Shown here: piece after piece, positions 1 through 8,305 of the stretch | How the letters are laid out: each line of letters starts with the position of its first letter | Numbering within the stretch: position 1 is the first letter of the stretch | Assembly (NCBI GenBank): GCA_027001995.1 | Contig: JALTLO010000193.1 | Coordinates: 1-64,000, forward strand | Source: Planctomycetota bacterium | Lineage (GTDB): Bacteria > Planctomycetota > GCA-002687715 > DRQF01 | DNA: 64,000 nt | Direction: 5' to 3' | Notes under the pieces: model-generated | Seen by the model: the letters and a program-made list of their open reading frames with translations, nothing else | Told to the model about the DNA's origin: nothing | Databases searched by the model: none | Made by a program: the position numbers and the translations under genes

Positions 1-355
1 TGGCGGCGAGGTCGCCGCTGTCTATTACTCACTCATCGCCTGCTGCGCAGCGGACGAAATCAATCCATTCGAGTACTTGAGAGATGTCTTGAAAAAGGCA
101 CCTAAAATGAGCGCCGATGAGGCCAGTGCTCTGACTCCTCGGAACTGGAAGGCGGCAAGAGACGCCGCCGCCACGACTCCTGACTCTGTCTGAAGGGCTG
201 AGTCGACTCACCGCCTCCCCCCAACAACTCATCAAATCGACGACTACTGGGCTAACAGGCAAGCTATAGGGTGGAAGCGATCCTTCCTCTTTTCGCAAGC
301 GGTGGCGTAATCAACACTGAGGGCAAACGAAAGGGGCGGACTATGGGTCGCTTAC
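1..355 (+). mobile_element. Right end of an IS66-family insertion sequence
   Basis: Contains the transposase C-terminus (2-193) and ends in ...GGGTCGCTTAC at 345-355. The reverse complement GTAAGCGACC matches the GTAAG-type terminus of IS66 elements. Confidence 0.8.
2..193 (+). CDS. IS66 family transposase (TnpC), C-terminal fragment cut by the window edge
   Basis: Not in the ORF track. Frame 2 reads GGEVAAVYYSLIACCAADEINPFEYLRDVLKKAPKMSADEASALTPRNWK...*, matching the IS66 C-terminal motif GG..AA..YSLI..C....NP..YL.DVL...L.P.NW. Confidence 0.85.
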   Translation, partial: GGEVAAVYYSLIACCAADEINPFEYLRDVLKKAPKMSADEASALTPRNWKAARDAAATTPDSV

Positions 356-454
356 GAAATACTCTTGGGCTTTGCCTTCTCGTGTTGCAAAATCAGCAAT
401 AATTGGCAAGATCTTCCGATAGTTGGAAACATCTTTCCTTGCGTGGAGAACAGC

Positions 455-1132
455 ATGAAACACATATCAATTCTTTTTACGGCTCTCGTCCTTAGCGCCT
501 GTGTGTCCCAAGACTACAAAGTCGGCTTGGATCGTGAAGTAAGCGTCGGTTCCCTCATGGTTCAGAAGACGGAGTTCGTCTACGGGCAAGGCAATTTCTT
601 CGACTCGCTGGTCTATAAGGGAAAAGAAGGTTCTACAATCTTCATTTCCCACCACCATGGCCTGAACGGCCTCATGTCGGAAGAGTACCGCTTCGACATG
701 AACCACTCTGATGTCATTCAGATCGGGTCCCTGCGCCTGCAGATCAAGAGTTTCACTCCGGAGACCATACGTTTCATCGTTCTTGAGACCACTGGTCCTG
801 CGAGGATTGACCACAACAATCCAACGTCACGCAGCAGCGGACAAATAGGTGATGAGATCACCTTGCTCGCTTCCGATGAAGACACCACCGCCGTCCCGCA
901 CTTGAGAGAATCCGACGAGAGTGACGGAGCCAGTGCCGTTCATCATGCTGAATCCCTCAATCACCATGCCGCTCCCAACCGGCCCATTGCGAAAGGTCAT
1001 GCAAGCCCCAGTAAAGTTGGCATCGAGGATCGTGAGCCCTGGCCCAGCTCCCTTCAAACTAAATGCCTTGGCCGGGAATACCAAACGCTCGACATAAGTT
1101 CCGGCCGCCACCTGCACTGTGCCCCCAGGTAG
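455..1132 (+). CDS. Putative lipoprotein; the part beyond ~790 is probably read-through into the antisense of the neighbouring gene
   Basis: GGAG RBS before ATG 455 and signal peptide with lipobox LSAC. The first ~112 aa look globular; the rest overlaps the opposite-strand beta-helix gene. Confidence 0.55.
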   Translation: MKHISILFTALVLSACVSQDYKVGLDREVSVGSLMVQKTEFVYGQGNFFDSLVYKGKEGSTIFISHHHGLNGLMSEEYRFDMNHSDVIQIGSLRLQIKSFTPETIRFIVLETTGPARIDHNNPTSRSSGQIGDEITLLASDEDTTAVPHLRESDESDGASAVHHAESLNHHAAPNRPIAKGHASPSKVGIEDREPWPSSLQTKCLGREYQTLDISSGRHLHCAPR

Positions 1133-1252
1133 CACCGCAAGGATCGCCGACTGAATGGTGGGATAAGCGGCGCTCGGCACATTAGGAGTGCTTTGGCCCC
1201 ATGCCATGGAGGGAGTCAGGCATATGAAACACAAGACTGCTAATTTGAGCAC
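827..1252 (-). pseudogene. Truncated secreted right-handed beta-helix (pectin-lyase-fold) protein
   Basis: Signal peptide followed by VPSAAYPTIQSAI...GTVQVAAGTYVE...GPGLTILDA...GFSMMNGTG...GGGVFI, the usual N-terminal cap of beta-helix proteins. It stops before any repeat region. Confidence 0.7.
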
Positions 1253-1567
1253 CTCAATTCCTCTCACCCAAAATATGACTACGAGAGGCCCCTCGCCCCT
1301 ACTACGGTAGAGTTGAACATACACTTGGCACCAACGATCCCGGAATAGTTTTCGAAAAATGAGCGACTGCAAGTGAAGGGACTCAGAGACTTAGAAGAGT
1401 GTTCCAGTCTTGTTTCGCACCTTCTTTCTCTTCTTTGTTCTTAAACACTGCGAAGACGTCGAAGGCATCGCCTCAGGGCCGAAATTGTACATGGGAGCCG
1501 TCCAAGTTGGCCCACGTGGGCCTCATTCGCCGGGGGTTCTCAAGTGTTTCTTGAGGTGGAATTGAAG

Positions 1568-1593
1568 AAGCCACCGGCTTTCCGGTGGCTTTT
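1568..1593. terminator. Rho-independent terminator hairpin
   Basis: AAGCCACCGG-CTTT-CCGGTGGCTT followed by Ts, just downstream of the 1622..2575 minus-strand gene. Confidence 0.7.
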
Positions 1594-1621
1594 GTGGTTG
1601 GGTTTGTGATGTTTGAGTCGT

Positions 1622-2575
1622 CTATTTGCTCACAGGTTTTTCTTTCGGTTCAGCCTTAGTTGTTTTAAGAAAAGCGTAGAGCTTGGCTTCTTTGGCTTCA
1701 GCTTTCTTGGTTTCCTTTTCCAAGGCGACCATTTCTTTGGTCGTTTTCTTGATGCGTTTGTGAGTTGGTACGCACTTGGCATGCACACGAAGATGAGCCT
1801 TGGCTGTTTTGAGGATCGTCTTGGCCTTATAAGTGTCGGCGTGAAGGCGATCGAGTTTGGCCAAGATATCGAAGTGCTTAGGAATCAGGCGAAGGATGTC
1901 CTTTTTCCAAGTTGATTTGATCACGGAGCGGAGCGATTTGAAAAGACGTCGGTTCGTAGTATTCCAACCCTTCATGTCGTAGATCATTTTGCCGGAAGCG
2001 TCCATGATCATGATGCGGGGCTGACTGCCATATTTCTTGCGGTCAACTGGGGACTCAATGTCATCGAGGCAAATGCGGTAACAGTTGAACAGGCGAGAAG
2101 CGATGCCAATGTCGGCGTCGGCCCACAGGCGCGACTCATAACTGTCTAACTGCTCATCATCTCCGTCTTCGGTGTAGAAAGAAACCAAAATTGGGCGACC
2201 AGCCTTGGCATCCTTATGAGCATACTTGCCGTCTGCGAGCAATTCGATTGCCACGGTCTCATTGTCGTACTTGGAATCTTTGCGTGGAAGCCGGGAGCCG
2301 ATCCAGTGCATCCGTGTGCGATACAAACTTTGAGGTCCCCAGGTTACGCCAGCCTTCCGTCGCAAGCCGCTACCGCCTGTGGTTCCGCCGCCAGCAGGCG
2401 CTGTGGTGATGCCAGGAACAGGAGCTGGCCTTGGACTTGGATTGGGGGCCGGAGACGGACTCCCAGAACCTGATCCACTATTCGTCGATGGATATGAGGC
2501 ACATTGGCTCGAAGCGGTGGGAAGCCACGCTAAGCAGGCCACGAGCATAAGACCGACAGATAAGACATGTTTCAT
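1622..2575 (-). CDS. Secreted hypothetical protein with Pro/Ser/Gly linker, possible thioredoxin-like core and Lys-rich coiled-coil C-terminus
   Basis: 317 aa ORF with signal peptide and AGGAG RBS. The fold is a guess from the pattern PILVSFY...PRIMIMDASGKMI. Confidence 0.6.
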   Translation of the reverse strand: MKHVLSVGLMLVACLAWLPTASSQCASYPSTNSGSGSGSPSPAPNPSPRPAPVPGITTAPAGGGTTGGSGLRRKAGVTWGPQSLYRTRMHWIGSRLPRKDSKYDNETVAIELLADGKYAHKDAKAGRPILVSFYTEDGDDEQLDSYESRLWADADIGIASRLFNCYRICLDDIESPVDRKKYGSQPRIMIMDASGKMIYDMKGWNTTNRRLFKSLRSVIKSTWKKDILRLIPKHFDILAKLDRLHADTYKAKTILKTAKAHLRVHAKCVPTHKRIKKTTKEMVALEKETKKAEAKEAKLYAFLKTTKAEPKEKPVSK

Positions 2576-2758
2576 GATTCAAAACTCCTTTTCGGACGGG
2601 TGGAGGTACTCACACCACCCCTCTTGGATTACGCACAGGTCGTTCGCCTCATCGTCAGGATTAAACTTCCATGGATTAAGAGTCAAGGAGCTTTCAAAAT
2701 GGCTGGGGGAATCGGGCATCTTTCTGTTGCGCTCTGACTAGAAGATACTCTATGGTTA

Positions 2759-3949
2759 ATGAAGCGTATTCTTGGGAAAGGAGTTTCATTGAAGATCATT
2801 AAACAAGAACTCGAGCTGATCGTCGTCTTATTCCTGCTGCTCATGCTGAATCCCCTGGGATTCGGCCAGCAAGGATCGGAACCCTGCAAGCTCTGCGACG
2901 ACTCCGGCTGGGTTTCCTGCAAATCAAAGGACCACCCTTCCCCCAAGAAATGTCGTCTCAAATCGAAACACATGTGCTCTTTGATTGTGAAGGCGAAGTG
3001 CTGCTATGGCGAAAACCAAGTCCCTTGCAACGCATGTCTGGACCAAAAGGCCCAGAAAAAGCATCGCGCTTTAGGAAAGAAGGCTCGGGCCTGGCGTAAG
3101 AAAAACCGGGAAGTGAGCCGCGATACGGGTGTTCGCTTCAGTCATGTCCAAATCGGAAACGTGATCTTTCATTGTTCGTTTCGCAATTGGCGCTTTCAGA
3201 AAATCGGCACCCTCAAGCAAGGTCCAGCCACCCACGTTTTCGCCCAGCGAGTGCAAACCATTGCCAAAGAGTTTGAGAGTGAATTGGGGGCAACCCTCAG
3301 GCAACCAATTGAATTGTTTCTTTGTGCTAGCTATGCAGAGATGCTGGCAACAGCCCGCATTTATGCCCCGTCCAAGACCAAAGCGACCTCTCCATTTCGC
3401 TCCGCATCCTTGGGTGTTCCCAGAGCATTCATTTTCCCTGCTGGGAAAGACACCTACGTCGATAAGGGTCTCCATTCCCACCTCGCCCACCAAGCAGCTC
3501 ATCTCCTGGTGCAGGCTTCCACCAAGAACTTGAGCAAGATCCCTCCCCCATGGCTGGACGTTGGCATCGCTCATTGGTTTGAGTTTCGGCATTTCAAAGG
3601 GAATTCAGGTTGCACAACATTTTGCTTGGGTCGGTATTATGCCGATCCCAAATGGGATCAACCGCGCAAGTGGGCCCGCGGATTGTCGAAGAGATTCAGG
3701 GGTAAGAATGTCATTTCCTTCGCTGCTCTCGAGAAGAAAGAGTTCCTCAAGTTTGATCATTTCGATCATGCCCTGTCTTGGTCTTTGGTCTCGTCGCTCT
3801 TGAGGCAACGCCCAGAGAAGTTCAAGAAGTTCTTCCAGGTTTGGTCCCAGACTCAAAACATCGGATTCGCTGTGCGAGAGGGGTTTGGTTTATCCATGGA
3901 AGAGTTCAACGCCCAGTGGCATAAGGACTGTAAAGCAGGAAAGCTCTGA
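2759..3949 (+). CDS. Secreted protein with Cys-rich N-terminus and degenerate gluzincin/peptidase-MA-like domain
   Basis: CxxC motifs (CKLC, CNAC), then HQAAH and PPWLDVGIA resembling HExxH...WLxEGxA. Exact start uncertain. Confidence 0.55.
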   Translation: MKRILGKGVSLKIIKQELELIVVLFLLLMLNPLGFGQQGSEPCKLCDDSGWVSCKSKDHPSPKKCRLKSKHMCSLIVKAKCCYGENQVPCNACLDQKAQKKHRALGKKARAWRKKNREVSRDTGVRFSHVQIGNVIFHCSFRNWRFQKIGTLKQGPATHVFAQRVQTIAKEFESELGATLRQPIELFLCASYAEMLATARIYAPSKTKATSPFRSASLGVPRAFIFPAGKDTYVDKGLHSHLAHQAAHLLVQASTKNLSKIPPPWLDVGIAHWFEFRHFKGNSGCTTFCLGRYYADPKWDQPRKWARGLSKRFRGKNVISFAALEKKEFLKFDHFDHALSWSLVSSLLRQRPEKFKKFFQVWSQTQNIGFAVREGFGLSMEEFNAQWHKDCKAGKL

Positions 3950-3992
3950 ATAGAGTTTGGCCTGACCCCACGCTCTGCATCGAGCAAAATTT

Positions 3993-4116
3993 AATCATAT
4001 ATGATTGAAAATTGCGACATTATGGGGAAAATCAATCAAATATGAGCTCATTTACTGAGAAAAGTCCTTGCCGAGCTTGTTCCGGCACCCAGCAAAGTCG
4101 ATACTATCATATGTGA
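3993..4116. promoter_or_regulatory. Three TCATATATGA-like palindromic operator candidates upstream of hipBA
   Basis: Perfect palindrome AATCATATATGATT at 3993-4006, with variants TCAAATATGA at 4036-4045 and TCATATGTGA at 4107-4116, in AT-rich DNA. Confidence 0.6.
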
Positions 4117-4160
4117 TCGCATTTGGTCATATTTCATCTCATTCAATCATGGGTGATAGC

Positions 4161-4496
4161 ATGAAGATCGACAAACTCAGTCCAATTCCCTTCGCCTTAG
4201 AGGAAATGGGCAAACGCCTCAGCCGGATTCGCAAGCAGCAAGGACATTCTCAAGAAGTCTTGGCGCAAGAGGCTGGCATTGGCGTTGCCACTCTCCGTCG
4301 AATGGAAGACGGACACGATGCTCAAATGAGCTCCTGGATCAAAATACTGGGGGCCTTAGACATGTCCTCCGCCGTCAACGCTTTCCTGCCAGAAACCTTC
4401 ATTTCGCCCATGGCTGAAGTCAAAGGAAAAGGAAAGAGAAAACAACAAACCCGCCCACGGTCCACAGGCAACACTTGGGGAGATGAAACCCCATGA
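4161..4496 (+). CDS. hipB: XRE-family HTH regulator, HipB-like antitoxin
   Basis: RIRKQQGHSQEVLAQEAGIGVATLRRMEDG helix-turn-helix, with an ATGA overlap onto hipA. Confidence 0.8.
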   Translation: MKIDKLSPIPFALEEMGKRLSRIRKQQGHSQEVLAQEAGIGVATLRRMEDGHDAQMSSWIKILGALDMSSAVNAFLPETFISPMAEVKGKGKRKQQTRPRSTGNTWGDETP

Positions 4497-5788
4497 CCAC
4501 GGCCACTGTCAATCTCTGGGGCACAACTATCGGTTACATTTCCATGGGGCCCCAGGAAAGATTCGCTCGCTTCGAATACGATCCAGCATTCGCCAGCCGC
4601 GGCATTCAGCTTGCGCCACTCAAAATGCCCGTGCAAAGTCATCGTGTCTTTCAATTTCCCGATCTACATCCTCGTGCCTTCCACGGTCTCCCGGGCCTCA
4701 TCGCCGACAGCCTTCCGGACCGCTACGGCAACCGCCTCATCGATGTGTGGTTAGCTCAAACTGGACGCAAGCCAGAAGAGTTCAATGCCGTCGATCGCTT
4801 ATGCTACACCGGCACAAGAGGCATGGGAGCTCTCGAATTTGAACCCGCCACAGAAGCTCCCCTCAATGACGATCGAAAATTAGAAGTAAAAGAACTCGTC
4901 GAACTCGCTTCCATGGCATTCGCGGACAAAGAAACTCTCGACACCAAACTGACAAGCGCCCAAGGTGCCCAAGCACTCCTCGACATCCTGAGTGTCGGCA
5001 CTTCCGCTGGAGGTGCCAGGGCCAAAGCCGTCATCGCCTTTGACCCGAAGACACGCCAAGTCCGTTCTGGCCAAATTGATCAGGGAGGAAACTACGAACA
5101 TTGGCTCATCAAGTTCGATGGTGTGGCCTTTAGCGGCGACTGGGGAGTGGCTGACCCAGCGGGGTATGGACTCTTAGAATACTCCTATTACTTGACCGCT
5201 CGAGATTGCGGAATCAACATCATGCCAAGCCAGATCTTCAGCGAAAATGGCCGCAATCATTTCATGACCCAGCGTTTCGATCGAGAGACCGGCGGCAAGA
5301 AGAAGTTTGTCCAGACATTCGCTGCTCTTGCCCATTTCGATTTCTGGGAAAGTGGACTCCACTCATACGAACAACTCTTCTTAACTATGAAACAACTCAG
5401 CTTGCCCCAATCAGACTTAGAAGAGCAATTTCGCCGAGTCCTTTTCAACATCGTCGGTTGCAATCAAGATGACCACGTCAAGAACTTCGCCTTCATGATG
5501 GATCGCCAAGGGGCTTGGCACTTGGCCCCGGCTTACGATCTATGCCACGCAGAAGGCAGTCACTTCACCAAGAACCACCAACTGAGCATCAACGGCAAGA
5601 CCAACGATTTCGTCCGGGCTGATATCAAACACTTAGCCGACTACATTGGGCTACCCCGTGGTCGCGACAAACTCATCTTGGATCAAGTCACCCTGTCGTT
5701 TTCGACATGGCATGAAAAAGCAAAACAGCTCAACATTCCTAAGGACATTCAAACTCACGTCACCAGAACTCTCAGGCTGAAACTATAG
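4493..5788 (+). CDS. hipA: HipA-family Ser/Thr kinase toxin
   Basis: HipA N-terminal motif LPGLIADSLPDRYG, Gly loop TSAGGARAK, WLIKFD, and catalytic region NQDDHVKNF...LAPAYD. Confidence 0.93.
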   Translation: MTTATVNLWGTTIGYISMGPQERFARFEYDPAFASRGIQLAPLKMPVQSHRVFQFPDLHPRAFHGLPGLIADSLPDRYGNRLIDVWLAQTGRKPEEFNAVDRLCYTGTRGMGALEFEPATEAPLNDDRKLEVKELVELASMAFADKETLDTKLTSAQGAQALLDILSVGTSAGGARAKAVIAFDPKTRQVRSGQIDQGGNYEHWLIKFDGVAFSGDWGVADPAGYGLLEYSYYLTARDCGINIMPSQIFSENGRNHFMTQRFDRETGGKKKFVQTFAALAHFDFWESGLHSYEQLFLTMKQLSLPQSDLEEQFRRVLFNIVGCNQDDHVKNFAFMMDRQGAWHLAPAYDLCHAEGSHFTKNHQLSINGKTNDFVRADIKHLADYIGLPRGRDKLILDQVTLSFSTWHEKAKQLNIPKDIQTHVTRTLRLKL

Positions 5789-5998
5789 CCTGGGTGAAAT
5801 CCGCAAGTCGACAACAAGACGGCCACTTCCCTCGGCCATATAGCAAGCACACTCCTATCTTATTCGCTAAACCGTGACTTTTGCTTCTCGAGAATTGACG
5901 CCGTTTGAGAGACCCCTTAAGGTCCCCCTGCCAGTCAGAAAAAGCGTGCTAAAACACGTCGTCTCTATCCTCCGATTCCAAAAAAAGGCGTCGCCAGA

Positions 5999-6766
5999 AT
6001 GTTGGAAACACCTTCCTCACGTCGCTACTTACTTTTCGTTCTCGTAGCCTGCTTCATTGGGCAAACGGCCATGGTCTATTTTGATGATAGTGGCCGTCAA
6101 AAACCGCCACTTTCAGATAGAGCTCAGATTGGTTGGCAGGTGTGGCACAAAAACAACTGTCAAAGTTGTCACCAAATATTTGGTTACGGCGGTTTTCTTG
6201 GGCCAGACTTAACCAACGCCATCGATCAGCTCACACCAGAACGATTACAGTCGATTCTGACTGTTGGCGCCAAACCTATGCCAGCATTCCATCTGTCCGA
6301 AAATGAAATTGACGGGGTCGCGGCACTCTTAGGTGAACTCAATGGACTCGGTGTTGGGCAACTGAGACTGAAGACGACTCCCCCAGCACCAGCATTGCTG
6401 GATCAGTTCATCGAAGACCTCAGTCAACAAGTACCCCTTTCCCCTTCTGCTCAGCTCGGCCGCAAGGTTTTCAAAGAAAAGAAATGTATCACCTGTCATT
6501 TACCGAATCTTCAGAACACAGCCCAAGGCCCTGATCTATGTCAAGCTTTGGAACGTCTCGGCAATGACGGCATCACGGCAACGATCAGAAACGGTCGCTT
6601 GGCCGCTGGCATGCCAGCCTTCGATCTCACCTCAACTGAAGAGCAAGGAATTTGTGCCTTCTTCGGTTGGCTCAAGGCGAACTCCAAAGGTCTTGCCGCA
6701 AACTTTAAGTCGGCCCAAGAAAGCGGAGATACAAGTCGTCTCCCTTGGTTTGAGTATTCCAAATGA
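5999..6766 (+). CDS. Membrane-anchored diheme c-type cytochrome, NorC-like N-terminal domain
   Basis: N-terminal TM helix; VWHKNNCQSCHQIFGYGGFLGPDLTN (NorC-like); second CITCH; each heme domain is followed by an MPAF axial-Met motif. Confidence 0.85.
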   Translation: MLETPSSRRYLLFVLVACFIGQTAMVYFDDSGRQKPPLSDRAQIGWQVWHKNNCQSCHQIFGYGGFLGPDLTNAIDQLTPERLQSILTVGAKPMPAFHLSENEIDGVAALLGELNGLGVGQLRLKTTPPAPALLDQFIEDLSQQVPLSPSAQLGRKVFKEKKCITCHLPNLQNTAQGPDLCQALERLGNDGITATIRNGRLAAGMPAFDLTSTEEQGICAFFGWLKANSKGLAANFKSAQESGDTSRLPWFEYSK

Positions 6767-8196
6767 ACAATGAACTAGCTGCCGGCCAAAGAATGATATT
6801 CGTTCTCATGCGCTGCGCCCTGGCATGCCTCATGATCGCCATTTTCGGTGGAGCCATTTCAGTGGTCTTCTACTTCAAGGATACGGCGAGCTTCCTCAAT
6901 AGCATGGGCATTGAATTCCAAAACTTAAGACCAGTCCACACCACTTTTGCCTCCTGCTGGATCTTCCTGGGGGGCATAACTTGTGTCTTCCACTATCTCT
7001 ACCACGCACATGGTGAAATGAGTCTCGGGGAAAGACAGCGTTTTCGCCTTCAGATGACCCTTTGGGGGCTTGCAGGCGCCGGAATCTTACTGACCTTGCC
7101 TTTCGGGATTTCTTCGGGCCGGGAGTACTTGGGCTTTCATCCGGTATTCTCCATGCTCATTGTGCTGGGGTGGTTGGCCTTCGCCCGCACCTATTTCGGG
7201 CGGGTCCGACGGGGGTTTTGGTCCCAACCGGTCTACGTTTACATGTGGGCCACGGGAATCGTTTTCTTTCTCTACACCTTCATCGAAGGCCATGCATATC
7301 TGATTCCCTCGATACGCAACAACCCCATCGCTGACCTGCAAATCCAATGGAAACACTGTGGCACTGTAGTGGCTTCCTTCAACATGTTGGTTTACGGTTC
7401 ATTGATGTATGTAGGAGAGCAGTTGAGTGGCGACAAGACATATGCCCGTTCACGAAAGGGTTTTGCCTTCATGGGCGTCGGACTGCTCAATAGTTTTACT
7501 AACTATGCCCACCACACTTATCACCTGCCCCAAGCTGACTTAATCAAATGGATCGCGTTCATCGTGAGCATGCTTGAAATTGTGATTCTCGCCAGCATCT
7601 TTTTGGACTTGAAACGATCCATAAAAGCCAAAACACCAACGGATCGATTCTTCGCCCCAACAGGATTCATGAGCATTGCGCGTTACTGGTCTTTCGGCCT
7701 GCTCGTAGTGGCCTTGCTCATTTCTGTGCCGCCCCTCAACTCTTTCATACACGGCACTCATGTGGTCATGGCTCACGCCATGGGAAGCGAAATCGGGATC
7801 GACTCCTTCATCATCTTCGCCGTCTTCACCTACATCCTGAGCTCCGTGTTCGAACGGTGTTGGGCCACCCAGAAGATTCTCGAGTCGCCTGAGTTTCGCA
7901 GCTTGGTCCGCGGGGCTCACTGGACTCTCGTGGCGCTATTTTCTTGGCTTGTGGTGAGTGGTTTGGCGGTGGCGGGTACCAGAGCTTTCGGCAAACCCGC
8001 ACCGGATTTGATCGCCCGAATGGGGCCAACGATGCTGGTGACCATCGCCGTCATACACGCCTACTACTTAACCCGCATCTTCTTGACCCTTTGGCCCCTT
8101 ACCAAAGCGCCTGGGCTCCGTCGTGAGCAGGAGTTGGATATTCTCCCGAAAGCCCACTACGAAGGCATCGCTTCTAAGAGCGACTCTCAAGCTTAG
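6763..8196 (+). CDS. Heme-copper oxidase superfamily subunit I, cNOR (NorB)-related, with variant active site
   Basis: Polytopic membrane protein with RPVH(59), GREY, AHH(250-251), SMLE and HGTHVVMAHAM(330-340); ATGA overlap with the cytochrome gene. Confidence 0.85.
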   Translation: MNNELAAGQRMIFVLMRCALACLMIAIFGGAISVVFYFKDTASFLNSMGIEFQNLRPVHTTFASCWIFLGGITCVFHYLYHAHGEMSLGERQRFRLQMTLWGLAGAGILLTLPFGISSGREYLGFHPVFSMLIVLGWLAFARTYFGRVRRGFWSQPVYVYMWATGIVFFLYTFIEGHAYLIPSIRNNPIADLQIQWKHCGTVVASFNMLVYGSLMYVGEQLSGDKTYARSRKGFAFMGVGLLNSFTNYAHHTYHLPQADLIKWIAFIVSMLEIVILASIFLDLKRSIKAKTPTDRFFAPTGFMSIARYWSFGLLVVALLISVPPLNSFIHGTHVVMAHAMGSEIGIDSFIIFAVFTYILSSVFERCWATQKILESPEFRSLVRGAHWTLVALFSWLVVSGLAVAGTRAFGKPAPDLIARMGPTMLVTIAVIHAYYLTRIFLTLWPLTKAPGLRREQELDILPKAHYEGIASKSDSQA

Positions 8197-8255
8197 GGTA
8201 TAAGTGTTCTGCTAGACTGAGTACTCTGTCTTGATCCAGCCGAATAGCGTAAGCG

Positions 8256-8299
8256 AAAAAAATGGGTGGGACACCTGCGAACAAGCCGTCCCACCCAAA
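8256..8299. terminator. Hairpin between convergent genes
   Basis: TGGGTGGGAC...GTCCCACCCA stem preceded by an A-run, which is a U-tract for the minus-strand RND operon. Confidence 0.65.
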
Positions 8300-8305
8300 T
8301 CAGTC

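Noticed and set aside
29..298. 89-aa minus-strand ORF in the track
   Set aside because: Antisense shadow of the IS66 transposase end, with no recognisable motifs.
827..829. TGA as selenocysteine or programmed read-through in the beta-helix gene
   Set aside because: No redox-motif context, and the downstream frame is the antisense of the lipoprotein; truncation explains it better.
6763..8196. Labelling the gene norB or ccoN
   Set aside because: Key ligands differ from both cNOR and cbb3 oxidases, so no gene symbol was assigned.
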